Source: a virus. Taken from it: DNA of 64,000 nucleotides. Of this stretch, positions 1 to 8,639 are shown piece by piece (the stretch's first letter is position 1; the number at the start of each line of letters is the position of its first letter). The position numbers were made by a program, and so were the translations under genes. The stretch lies in the IMG/VR virus record IMGVR_UViG_3300040801_002290, positions 64,001 to 128,000 of that record. The stretch is one strand, 5' to 3'. The notes under the pieces were generated by a model. It searched no databases, was not told the origin of the DNA, and saw only the letters and a list, made by a program, of their open reading frames with translations.

Positions 1-59
1 GTCAAAGGGGTATGCTAGAGAAGTGCGAGAGAAGATTAGTAAACTGATTGGAAAATAAC

Positions 60-1148
60 ATGGCAACAGCAGAGCATGTCCTAGAAGGACTTAAAACCGC
101 GCTAAAGATAACCAAAGAGGCACCCGTCATAGTGGAAGCTAGGTCGGGTAAACTCTTTATTGGTACACACAACGAGTATCACAGCGTTATTTTTGAATGC
201 CCCACGATTTGGGAGGATTTCAAAGCAGTTCTCAGCTTCAACATAGCAAAGGAAATACCGAGGTCAATCTCTGGTGGCAAAGTAAGCTTTGAGGTTCTCG
301 AAAATCACACGTTAAAATTCGTTTCTAAGGGCGTAAAGTTAAATCTAGCCCTCTTGGATAACTCGTCTCTTTCCTTAAGTACGTTGGTGAAGAAATATAT
401 CAAAGAAACCATGTGGGAAGTTAATGGAAAAGGCTTTAATGACGCACTAGAAAGGGTTAGACACGCTGCGAATGATAAGTCAATCGGGGATGTAGTTTTG
501 CGCGGTTACCACCTTAAAAAGAAGGGCGAAGCACTTGAGTTTATGGCCTCCAACGGAGCAACACTCTCGGTGTCTTCTGCCCAACTTCTAAATAAAGATG
601 AGGCAGTAGAGGGAACCCTTCTTCTTAACCCGGAATTTTCTCAGGTAGCTAATCTTTTGTTTGAGAAAACCAGAATAGGCTTTTCGGAGGACTCAATTAG
701 TCTTGAGTCTTCCTCAGAAGATAAGACTTTGCGTATGGTCAGCCTGTTGACAAAGGGAAAGCCTTTCGATTATGACACCGTGCTTAACAAAGTTAAAGGA
801 AACCCTATTAGGGCCTCCTTTGACGCAAAAACTATGGCAGAAGCCATTAAAAGAACGGACTTCTTCACAGACGAAGCCAATAAGAACAAGATACGCTTTT
901 TTATTAACAACAATGGTACCGCTTCCGTTCACTCCGGTAACCACTACGGTGAGTCCTCTATTCACCTGGAGACCATAGAGCATAATTTGGACAGCGACTT
1001 AGAGTTGGAGCTAAGCGGCACACACTTCCTTAATTACCTAACCAGTTTGAAGTCTAGCACGATTACCGTCTACATCAAGGACGACACCGTTCCCATAAGG
1101 ATTGAAGACGGCTTAACAACAGAAGTTATAGTATTGTTCCGTAAATAA
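60..1148 (+). CDS. dnaN: DNA polymerase III beta sliding clamp-like protein
   Basis: About 362 aa with the three-domain clamp pattern, e.g. 'FNDALERVRHAA..VLRGYHL...MASNGATL', 'GKPFDYDTVL', 'LELSGTHFLNYLTSLKS..I.V.IKDDTVPIRI'. ATG at 60 preferred over TTG at 48. Confidence 0.8.
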   Translation: MATAEHVLEGLKTALKITKEAPVIVEARSGKLFIGTHNEYHSVIFECPTIWEDFKAVLSFNIAKEIPRSISGGKVSFEVLENHTLKFVSKGVKLNLALLDNSSLSLSTLVKKYIKETMWEVNGKGFNDALERVRHAANDKSIGDVVLRGYHLKKKGEALEFMASNGATLSVSSAQLLNKDEAVEGTLLLNPEFSQVANLLFEKTRIGFSEDSISLESSSEDKTLRMVSLLTKGKPFDYDTVLNKVKGNPIRASFDAKTMAEAIKRTDFFTDEANKNKIRFFINNNGTASVHSGNHYGESSIHLETIEHNLDSDLELELSGTHFLNYLTSLKSSTITVYIKDDTVPIRIEDGLTTEVIVLFRK

Positions 1149-1157
1149 GGTTTTTTG

Positions 1158-1186
1158 TTGACAGCCTGCCAGTCTCCTGCTATAAT
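1158..1186 (+). promoter_or_regulatory. Consensus sigma70-type promoter
   Basis: TTGACA (1158-1163), 17-nt spacer, TATAAT (1181-1186), with extended -10 TG. Confidence 0.9.
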
Positions 1187-1243
1187 TGTATTTGTAAGGG
1201 TTAAAAGTTAGATTCTTACGAGTACACAAAAAGGAGACTGTAT

Positions 1244-1456
1244 ATGCCAAGAGAAGTATCACAAGCAACCGTCGCCCTTGAAGAAGCCGTGGCTAGATTC
1301 ATGGAAGATTTTGAGGGAGAATTTAGAAAGCAAAGGACGAAGACAAACCATTCATCCGAAAGAAGGATGAGAAAGCTTCTACGCTCTTTCCAGGAAAGGG
1401 TTTACGTTCCATACAGAGACGCAACTTTGCCCTCTAGGGACTCCGAACCGTTCTAA
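1244..1456 (+). CDS. Small helical protein, possibly histone H1-like Hc1 family
   Basis: SD AAGGAG; 70 aa; 'NHSSERRMRKLLRSF' loosely resembles the Hc1-like 'NKAAGTRARK' pattern; ends in DSEPF. Confidence 0.45.
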   Translation: MPREVSQATVALEEAVARFMEDFEGEFRKQRTKTNHSSERRMRKLLRSFQERVYVPYRDATLPSRDSEPF

Positions 1457-1548
1457 CCATTCACATCTTTGAAAGCAGTACAATAAAGCAAGATGTAGAC
1501 CATTAAGTTGCATGTGCAATAGAGCGGCTACAAAACTAAGGAGAAAAC

Positions 1549-2253
1549 ATGAATGAAGTCATAGTAAGTGGGATTATAAAAGGCGACTTCGAAGACGTTA
1601 GTAACGACGGAGTTAAGTTTCTGGCCCTAAATAAGGGTAGGAATGGTGAAAGTGAGGAGTTTATCTGCCTCGCATATGGTAACTCAGCCAGCTTCCTGCG
1701 CCAACACGCAGAGAGTGGCCGTCGAGTTGTACTTCAAGGCCGTCTAAGCAGCGAGAAGCTGGACACCGAGAACTATCATACTGCCATTACCGTAAGCAGG
1801 GTTCTGTCTATCACGGATAGCAGTCAGGGTATGGATTATACTCATGCTGTTATTAGCGGATTGGCCTCGTCCGATGGTCTTACCCGCCTAAACAACAAGA
1901 ATCAGACCCCCCTAATTAACCTGAACGTGGCTAATAAGAGGGAGTATAGAAACGCCGAAGGTGAGACTCAGGAGTACACTACTTACCTAGGTGGGACCAT
2001 CTGGGGCAGAACGGCAGAAGCGGTTGAAGAAGCCTATGAGTTCCCAATGAGCAACGTTCCCGTTGTGTTTGAAGGGATTCTAAAGCCCAGAACTTATGAA
2101 AACAAGGATGGAGACACCATTAACAAGATTGATGTGTGGGTCAACACCATTAACGTAAGCGGTCAAGCACCTACTTCCGCTGCCCCAGCGCCGAAGCGAG
2201 AAGAGAGACAAGCTCCTAGGAAGTCAAAGCCCCTTGAAGGCTCTCCCTTCTAA
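1549..2253 (+). CDS. ssb: Single-stranded DNA-binding protein with two tandem OB folds
   Basis: Two SSB-like units ('MNEVIVSG...CLAYG..A...GRRVVLQGRL' and 'HAVISG...IWGRTAE...VVFEGILKPRTYENKDG'), a P/A-rich linker and a C-terminal PF. SD AAGGAG. Confidence 0.9.
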   Translation: MNEVIVSGIIKGDFEDVSNDGVKFLALNKGRNGESEEFICLAYGNSASFLRQHAESGRRVVLQGRLSSEKLDTENYHTAITVSRVLSITDSSQGMDYTHAVISGLASSDGLTRLNNKNQTPLINLNVANKREYRNAEGETQEYTTYLGGTIWGRTAEAVEEAYEFPMSNVPVVFEGILKPRTYENKDGDTINKIDVWVNTINVSGQAPTSAAPAPKREERQAPRKSKPLEGSPF

Positions 2254-2272
2254 TAGACAGAGAAATTAATAG

Positions 2273-2302
2273 GTGGGAGGCTCAGTCCTCCCACTTTATT
2301 TT
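2273..2302 (+). terminator. Rho-independent terminator after ssb
   Basis: GTGGGAGG-ctcagt-CCTCCCAC 8-bp stem followed by TTTATTTT. Confidence 0.85.
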
Positions 2303-2314
2303 AAGGGGTATTGT

Positions 2315-2860
2315 GTGATAGTAGCACTTTCAGGTAAAAAGAGAAGCGGCAAAGACGAATTCTATAGAGTAGCCAAAAGCTACCTTGAAGCATTTTACGG
2401 GATTCCGGTAACCAGATACGCTTTTGCGGATAAAGTAAAGGAATACGCTAACTTATATTTTAACGTAGACATAGCTAATGAAACGGACAAGGAAAAGACT
2501 CGCTTCGTGTTACAGGGAATTGGACAAATGCTACGTGAAGAAGTAGAAAAGGATTACTGGCTAAATGTCATCAGAGACGAAATAGCTATAGACAACGAAA
2601 AGTACGGAGAGTTTGGGTTCGTAGGCTTCATAACGGACACTAGGTATCGGAATGAAGCAGACTGGGTTGTAAACAACGGCTACCCACTTCTAAGAATTGT
2701 TAGAAAAGGAATCATAGCTGACGACCCCCATCCAAGCGAGATGGAATTGGATGACTTTGTTTTTGAAAACACGTTCCAAAACATGGGAACGTATGAAGAA
2801 TATAGGGAGAGCGTGAGACAATGGGTGAACCAAAACGTATTGACATCACTGTCCCTCTAG
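2315..2860 (+). CDS. Deoxynucleoside monophosphate kinase
   Basis: 'ALSGKKRSGKD' P-loop, 'FADKVK', 'R..LQ..G..LR', 'ITDTRYRNEA', 'HPSE'. GTG at 2315 follows SD AAGGGG; the track start at 2273 lies inside the terminator. Confidence 0.88.
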   Translation: MIVALSGKKRSGKDEFYRVAKSYLEAFYGIPVTRYAFADKVKEYANLYFNVDIANETDKEKTRFVLQGIGQMLREEVEKDYWLNVIRDEIAIDNEKYGEFGFVGFITDTRYRNEADWVVNNGYPLLRIVRKGIIADDPHPSEMELDDFVFENTFQNMGTYEEYRESVRQWVNQNVLTSLSL

Positions 2861-3105
2861 TAAATGAGAATCTAGAGGAGAATGAAAACTCAAAAGACGT
2901 TATTAACGCCATGCTGGATGAGTCAAGTGAAGTTCACCTTCACATTCATATAAACGATAAGGAAATGATTCCCACGGCAATAGCATTGTCTATGAGCAAG
3001 AGGCATAATGTTCGTTATTACGCCACTATAGGGGACTTTCCGGGCAGAGAATATATTCACGGTTACCTTATGAGTGGTTACTTTGAAAAGGTGGAGATGA
3101 TATAA
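2821..3105 (+). CDS. Hypothetical protein
   Basis: Fills the gap in the operon; its stop overlaps the dUTPase start. Confidence 0.6.
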   Translation: MGEPKRIDITVPLVNENLEENENSKDVINAMLDESSEVHLHIHINDKEMIPTAIALSMSKRHNVRYYATIGDFPGREYIHGYLMSGYFEKVEMI

Positions 3106-3776
3106 TGTACCATTACATGCCGACAACCGTCGTCTTTGAGAGACTTGAAAGACCACAGCACCTACACGAAAGTTTTCCTTGGACCCCGGTTATGCCAAGC
3201 TACGATAACGACCTAGGAAATGCTGGAATTGACCTGGCTTCGGCAGCTACTGTAGTAGCTGAGGAAGTGGGTGCCTCTTCCAGGCTTCCATACGGGTACT
3301 TTGAAATTACCGGCTCAGACATGAATCAGGACGATATGCAGACGCTAGCCAGAGCCCTGACTGATATGGATGCCTCCGTAGATGTCTCTTTTATGGGAGA
3401 TTTAGCCCGTAAGAATGTGAGAATGGAGTACAGTTCAAACTCTCCCAAGCCCTTAAGGATGTATCAAGCGGTTATTAGAACAGGGCTTAGAGTAGCCCTA
3501 CCGACAGGGTTTCACATGAAGATAGCCTCTCGTAGTGGTTTGGGGTTCAAAAGAAACATTCTCGCCTTCCCAGGAATCATAGATAACTCCTATAGGGGAG
3601 AATTAATGATTAAGCTTTACCAGTTGACCAGCGATGAATCCCCATTTATAATCGAGGCAGGAGAGAGAATCGCACAGGGTATCTTATTCTCTACCCCAGA
3701 AATCTTCATTAGAGAGGGAGAAGTCTCTACCTCCACTCTAAGAGGAGAAAATGGTTTTGGTAGCACCGGAGCGTGA
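3105..3776 (+). CDS. dut: Trimeric dUTPase with a large insertion
   Basis: All five motifs present: AGIDL, SRSGLG, GIIDNSYRGE, ERIAQG, RGENGFGSTG. Confidence 0.95.
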   Translation: MYHYMPTTVVFERLERPQHLHESFPWTPVMPSYDNDLGNAGIDLASAATVVAEEVGASSRLPYGYFEITGSDMNQDDMQTLARALTDMDASVDVSFMGDLARKNVRMEYSSNSPKPLRMYQAVIRTGLRVALPTGFHMKIASRSGLGFKRNILAFPGIIDNSYRGELMIKLYQLTSDESPFIIEAGERIAQGILFSTPEIFIREGEVSTSTLRGENGFGSTGA

Positions 3777-3779
3777 TAT

Positions 3780-4049
3780 ATGGTTTACAATTACAAGTGT
3801 AGAAAGTGCGAAAACGTCTTTGATATAGACCACTCCATGAAGGTCAAGGACGCCGTAGAAGAACTTGGAGCGTCGTGTCCGAAGTGTGGTTCCACAGATA
3901 TTTTCAAGTATCTTGGTAATATGAAGACGGCACACATTCATTTCAAGGGTGTAGGCTTTGCCACAAATGACCTAGCCCTAGATAAAATCGGGTTTCCCAA
4001 ACATTACAAGGACAACCCAGAAGTACGAGAAAAGCTAAAGAATATGTAA
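3780..4049 (+). CDS. FmdB-family zinc-ribbon protein
   Basis: 'YNYKCRKCENVF...CPKCGS......HFKGVGF' pattern. Confidence 0.85.
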   Translation: MVYNYKCRKCENVFDIDHSMKVKDAVEELGASCPKCGSTDIFKYLGNMKTAHIHFKGVGFATNDLALDKIGFPKHYKDNPEVREKLKNM

Positions 4050-4063
4050 GATAGGAGGCCGAC

Positions 4064-5758
4064 ATGAGCAAAGTAGAAGAGATTATTGGGAAGCTAGATT
4101 TTTATGGCCTTGTTAGTAAAAAGACACAGTTAAAAAGGTTCAAGGGAGACCAATTCAGAGGTCTCTCTCCCTTTACAAACGAGAAAACTCCTAGCTTCTT
4201 TGTAAACACACACAACAAAACCTGGTACTGCTTCTCCTCCGGAGTTGGAGGGGGAGTGTTGGACTACGTGTCTAGAGTTGAGGGTGTGGGCAGAGATGAA
4301 GCCATACGCATTCTGGCCGACTACACGGGCATAGAATTAGAGGAAGAATCTGACCCTCACTATCACACCAAGAAGGCCCTGAAATTAGCCCTGAATTATT
4401 ACAGACAGAATACAGAGCCTTCTGTAGAATACATGGCGTCTCGTGGATTCAGCCTCGACACCGTAGAACACTATGAACTGGGGTATGCCGAGGATTCAAC
4501 TCACGGTTTATTCTCTTATCTACAAAAGAACGGAATTAAAGAAGAGCATATAGTCTCAGCGGGGCTTGGGTATAAAAGGGACGATGGAAAAGTAGTCCAC
4601 AGATACAAGAATAGAATGATGATACCAATCCGAGACGAGTATGGTAATCTCATCTCGTTTACTGGCAGGGATTTGACCGGGAATTCAAATGCAAAATATT
4701 TGCATGGACCGGTTAACGCATTGTTTCAAAAGAAAAAGGTTATCTGGGGGCTGAGAAACTCAAGAAACCTAATTTCCGAAAAGGACTATGTGATTGTCAC
4801 AGAGGGCCAACTAGACGCAATGGCCTTAGTGGACGTAGGAATTCCTGCTGTATCTATTCTAGGGGCGAATGTGTCAGAAGAACAAATGCTTCTTCTGTCC
4901 AAGCTCACTCAAAACATTTATTTTACCTTCGACAGTGACGATGCTGGAGACCGTGGTCTATTCAAGGCTTTCAAAATGGCAAAGGACCTGGATGTTGACT
5001 CCGTTATTTACGCCATTGTTCTTCCAAAAGGAAAAGACCCGGACGACTTCATTCACGAATTTGGAGCAGAGAAGTTCGACGCCCTTAGACAGGATGCTAC
5101 CTCTGATACCGCAGCAATAGTGCAGTCACTTATCAAGACACACTACAAAGATGGGGCTAGTAAAGCCTCCGTTGCAAAGAAGGTTCTTTCTGAGTTGAAG
5201 GATTCCTTTCAACAGACTTTTACATATAGAAGCATGGATTTGATTGAGCGTCTTTCTCAAGAATTCAGTATTAACCCTAAAGAGTTACAGGAGTGGATAA
5301 GAAAAGAGCCTTCTTTTAAGGGTGGAGGGGCTGTTGACAAGAAGATTGACGACATGTCCTTCCCAGCGCCGATTTATGAAAGAAGAATCCTTTACGCTGT
5401 ACTACAGGAACCTGGGCTAGTAAATAAGGTAGTTAACTCCCCGGTTTCCTTTGGTGATTTTACCTCACACCTGGTCTCTAAGACCCTATCCAATATAGAC
5501 CCCACCTGTTCACCGACCGAAGTTTTTGATATACTAAGAGACAAGCTAAATGAAGACGAGTATGATGCCGTCCTAAAGTTTTTCTCTACGGGCCTTTCCG
5601 GAGTTGACTTTGAGACTTCCTTTGACATTTTGAGGCTTAAGGTACTTCAAAGGGAGAAAGAAGCAAAGCTGGATTTTCTCGGAAGACCGGTAACGGCTAC
5701 AGAGAGCGAGCTAAGGAACGTGTTCAAAGAGATACTCGACTATAAGGAGCAGCAGTGA
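4064..5758 (+). CDS. dnaG: DnaG-type DNA primase
   Basis: N-terminal ZBD-like 'GLSPFTNEKTPSF...WYCFSSG.GG', 'RMMIPI', 'KYLHGP', TOPRIM 'VTEGQLDA', 'FDSDDAG', 'KDPDDFI'. Confidence 0.95.
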   Translation: MSKVEEIIGKLDFYGLVSKKTQLKRFKGDQFRGLSPFTNEKTPSFFVNTHNKTWYCFSSGVGGGVLDYVSRVEGVGRDEAIRILADYTGIELEEESDPHYHTKKALKLALNYYRQNTEPSVEYMASRGFSLDTVEHYELGYAEDSTHGLFSYLQKNGIKEEHIVSAGLGYKRDDGKVVHRYKNRMMIPIRDEYGNLISFTGRDLTGNSNAKYLHGPVNALFQKKKVIWGLRNSRNLISEKDYVIVTEGQLDAMALVDVGIPAVSILGANVSEEQMLLLSKLTQNIYFTFDSDDAGDRGLFKAFKMAKDLDVDSVIYAIVLPKGKDPDDFIHEFGAEKFDALRQDATSDTAAIVQSLIKTHYKDGASKASVAKKVLSELKDSFQQTFTYRSMDLIERLSQEFSINPKELQEWIRKEPSFKGGGAVDKKIDDMSFPAPIYERRILYAVLQEPGLVNKVVNSPVSFGDFTSHLVSKTLSNIDPTCSPTEVFDILRDKLNEDEYDAVLKFFSTGLSGVDFETSFDILRLKVLQREKEAKLDFLGRPVTATESELRNVFKEILDYKEQQ

Positions 5759-6651
5759 ACACAAAAAACTTCATATTTTCCGCCAGCAGCGTGAAAGAGT
5801 ACATGCAATGCGGATTGAAATTTAAATTCAATAGGATAGATAAACTCGAAAAGACAGATGTTTCCTCCCACCACAGGTGGTTTGGAACTCTGGTACACAA
5901 TCTAATCTACGCTTCTCTATCAGAGCCAGCAGAAGACTTGAAGAAGATGGTGCTGACCAACAAGATAAACGAAAAGTACCCTATGAAAATCTTTGAAACG
6001 GTCTGGAAAGAAAAGGAAAGCGAAGACCTGATGGTTCAGACCATAAGAAAAGATTTGGGAGAAAAACCGGTAGGTCGATTTATGAGGGGCAAGATAGTTT
6101 CCCTTGGAATAAACGACCCCGACATTACTCAGGCTCAGCTTGAGAAGGGCTGGAAAGCCGAAGCCAAAAAGATGGTCAAAAACGGCATCTCTGTGGTCAA
6201 AGAGATTCCAGAGATTGTTGAGCTAGAAAGAAAACTCTTCTGGATTTTTCAGAACAGAAAGTTTTTGGGTTACGCAGACATTCTAGCCAAAGATGAGAGT
6301 GGAAGATATACCTTCTACGATTTTAAGACCACCTGGGACAAACCCGGAAAAAGACTTGACGACGATTTTCAGTTCTTTTCCTACTCTCACGCATTAAAAT
6401 CTTACTACAACCTAGATTATTATCCAGTAGGAAATTACGTACACCTAAGAAGTGGTGACGTTATACCTTACGAGGTTACACCAGAGATAATTTCCAATAT
6501 GAACAGAAAAGCCAAGAAAGCCTTTGATAACATGGAAGCAAATATCTTCTTCGATGATTACGGTGGCTCCCTCTGTCCCTATTGTGACTTTAGACATATA
6601 TGTTACGGGAAAGATTCTGACGTGTGGAAGAACTCTTCCTTTGGAGGCTGA
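5755..6651 (+). CDS. PD-(D/E)XK exonuclease, AddB/Cas4-like, with probable Fe-S cluster
   Basis: 'SASSVKEYMQCGLKF', 'GYADIL...YDFKT', C-terminal 'CPYCDFRHIC'. GTG start overlaps the primase stop. Confidence 0.85.
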   Translation: MNTKNFIFSASSVKEYMQCGLKFKFNRIDKLEKTDVSSHHRWFGTLVHNLIYASLSEPAEDLKKMVLTNKINEKYPMKIFETVWKEKESEDLMVQTIRKDLGEKPVGRFMRGKIVSLGINDPDITQAQLEKGWKAEAKKMVKNGISVVKEIPEIVELERKLFWIFQNRKFLGYADILAKDESGRYTFYDFKTTWDKPGKRLDDDFQFFSYSHALKSYYNLDYYPVGNYVHLRSGDVIPYEVTPEIISNMNRKAKKAFDNMEANIFFDDYGGSLCPYCDFRHICYGKDSDVWKNSSFGG

Positions 6652-7109
6652 TTAACATAGCAATCATCATACACTTACCAGACGAACAAAAGAGCGTTTC
6701 GGTACCGGATTGTAGCAATCTCCAGGAGTTGGGCTCTCACAAAAGCAAGTCCCTACAGCGGGTCGCTTTTAGCCACATATTTTTCCAAAAGATTTTTGGG
6801 TATATGGAGCTTATCAATACCGGAGAGTTAACTCACGAACAGGCTCAGGAACACATTAAAGACTTTGCACAGGCGTATAACGCTAACATACTAGACTTTG
6901 ACTCGGAGCCCGATGATGATATCTCAAACAGAGTTTTTGATATTATGAAGAGCGATGAGTTTAGCGAAAAGTACCAGACGTTTCTGCAAGTGGTCAGCGG
7001 AGAAATATTCAGGCTATTTGCTAGCGGTGCCATGTCTTACGAGGAAGGAGACACGGAGTTGGGGATTATGCCTTCATACATGACTTCCTTGATTCCTACA
7101 AAAGCATGA
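6624..7109 (+). CDS. Hypothetical protein (start uncertain)
   Basis: Fills the operon gap; a GGAGG at 6644-6648 suggests a later start. Confidence 0.6.
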   Translation: MEELFLWRLINIAIIIHLPDEQKSVSVPDCSNLQELGSHKSKSLQRVAFSHIFFQKIFGYMELINTGELTHEQAQEHIKDFAQAYNANILDFDSEPDDDISNRVFDIMKSDEFSEKYQTFLQVVSGEIFRLFASGAMSYEEGDTELGIMPSYMTSLIPTKA

Positions 7110-7534
7110 TAAAACTTAAAAGTGATTTAGTAAGCATAGAAGTAGACCCATCCAACCCTCTTTACAGCGTTTTGGCTAAGTTTGTTGGCGAGGTCTTCTT
7201 CGTACAGTCAACAGAAGAGAAAAAAGAGGAGAAGCCAGTAAGGGAAGCTCCTAAAAAGAAGAACACTATAAGTCACCCAACCGAGGGTGTCTCGGTCAAT
7301 ATAGCAGAGTACCTTTTTGAGCTAGACAAACTCTTTCCTGACGAGAAGAGCGTGACCAAGAGCATTCTAAAACAGCACGCTGTGAGATTCTTTGGGGTTT
7401 CAGAAGGAGTTAAAACAGGTAACTACGCGGCTATCTCACCATTCTCATCTGACCAGTATGTAACATGCGTTAGGATGTTGGACGACACGCCAGCCTATCT
7501 AACCGTACCTATGAAATGGATAACCACATTATGA
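7106..7534 (+). CDS. Hypothetical protein
   Basis: ATGA overlap with the previous gene; 142 aa. Confidence 0.7.
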   Translation: MIKLKSDLVSIEVDPSNPLYSVLAKFVGEVFFVQSTEEKKEEKPVREAPKKKNTISHPTEGVSVNIAEYLFELDKLFPDEKSVTKSILKQHAVRFFGVSEGVKTGNYAAISPFSSDQYVTCVRMLDDTPAYLTVPMKWITTL

Positions 7535-7749
7535 AAGCAATGGGAGTAGGAAGATATGTAGCAATAAAAATATCCTCTGTTAATGAGGATATAGGTGAGT
7601 CCATGCAGGATGTAGAAGAGTTGAGTATTTCTTCCGGAGACACAATCTTTTTTAGCCCGAGTGGAATAACTTTACAGGGGGACAACAAAGAAATCTTTAC
7701 TTTCGTAAGGCCAGAGGACATCTACGGGATAGTTACTGAATTATCATAA
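7516..7749 (+). CDS. Short GroES/Cpn10-like protein
   Basis: C-terminal half 'ISSGDTIFF..SG.......FTFVRPEDIYGIV' matches the GroES 'VKVGD.V.F....G......Y.I..E.DI.AIV' pattern. Confidence 0.5.
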   Translation: MDNHIMKAMGVGRYVAIKISSVNEDIGESMQDVEELSISSGDTIFFSPSGITLQGDNKEIFTFVRPEDIYGIVTELS

Positions 7750-7783
7750 TTCTCATTTAATAATATTGTATAGTGTTGTTACT

Positions 7784-8134
7784 ATGAAAAACACATACAT
7801 ATCAGAAGTCAGAACAGAATTAAAGGGAACTCCCGGCTCAAAAGATTTAGACCTCTCGTTCTCTGTAAATTATTACGATAGAGACGGGGAACTAGCTCTT
7901 TATATATTTAGTGACTACAGCGACGAAATAACAATCTTTTCTTTCAAGCCAGCGTTACGGTTAGAGTTAGCAATACCATTTCTTCACTCGTGGCATATTT
8001 ACGAAGATATAAACCAGACTATAATGACCTGTAAAGTACCCGCTGGTAAAAATTTCTTTGAGGAAGACTTTTCTGTTCTAAATTCACTATTAGGATTTGA
8101 ATACAATAGGGATTTTATATTCAATAGATGGTAG
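7784..8134 (+). CDS. Hypothetical protein
   Basis: ORF in the operon; ATG at 7784 has no SD (track start is TTG 7766). Confidence 0.6.
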   Translation: MKNTYISEVRTELKGTPGSKDLDLSFSVNYYDRDGELALYIFSDYSDEITIFSFKPALRLELAIPFLHSWHIYEDINQTIMTCKVPAGKNFFEEDFSVLNSLLGFEYNRDFIFNRW

Positions 8135-8143
8135 GAGGATAGT

Positions 8144-8605
8144 ATGAACTACACAACTGAGCAAGTCATAGACTACATTAAAACAACTTCACCACAGACC
8201 AAAATCTACGTAGGTTGTGACTCAAGACAATCGGGCAAAAACACCATCTTCGTAACAGTAGTAGTAGTACACTTGGACGGAAATAAGGGAGCTAAGGTTT
8301 TTCCTTTCATTGAAACCGTCCCCAGGATTAAGTCACTAAAGTGGAGACTAATTCAGGAGACACACTACGCTACCTACAAGGCACTTGAGGTTAAGGAAGC
8401 GGTTGGAGACAGGGAGTTTTACGTACACCTAGACTATCACCCATCCGATAAGCACAAGTCCAACACAGTTGTGAAAGAAGCAATCGGTTTCGTTGTGGGT
8501 CAAGGTCTAGACTATGAGTTGAAGCCATACGCTCACGCAGCGTCATCAGCCGCAGATTATTTAGGAAGACACGGTGGTGTGTTCAGACACCCGCTAAACG
8601 CATAG
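8144..8605 (+). CDS. YkuK-like RNase H-fold protein
   Basis: 'IYVGCDS', 'VVVVH', 'L..ET', 'VHLD', 'KPYAHAASSAAD'. SD AGGAGG. Confidence 0.85.
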   Translation: MNYTTEQVIDYIKTTSPQTKIYVGCDSRQSGKNTIFVTVVVVHLDGNKGAKVFPFIETVPRIKSLKWRLIQETHYATYKALEVKEAVGDREFYVHLDYHPSDKHKSNTVVKEAIGFVVGQGLDYELKPYAHAASSAADYLGRHGGVFRHPLNA

Positions 8606-8639
8606 AAAAATCCCAGGGTTAATCCCTGGGGTTTCTCTT
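8606..8639. terminator. Bidirectional terminator between convergent early and late blocks
   Basis: AAAAAT-CCCAGGG-ttaat-CCCTGGG-GTTTCTCTT. Confidence 0.8.

Noticed and set aside
1457-1548. Structured RNA between the small gene and ssb
   Set aside because: Only a 7-bp ACATCTT/AAGATGT pair and a TTGCA-TG-TGCAA palindrome; too weak to call, and no Deinococcus RDRM-like box seen.
5755-6651. CRISPR-Cas association of the Cas4-like nuclease
   Set aside because: No repeat-spacer array or other cas gene seen; such nucleases are common in phage replication modules.
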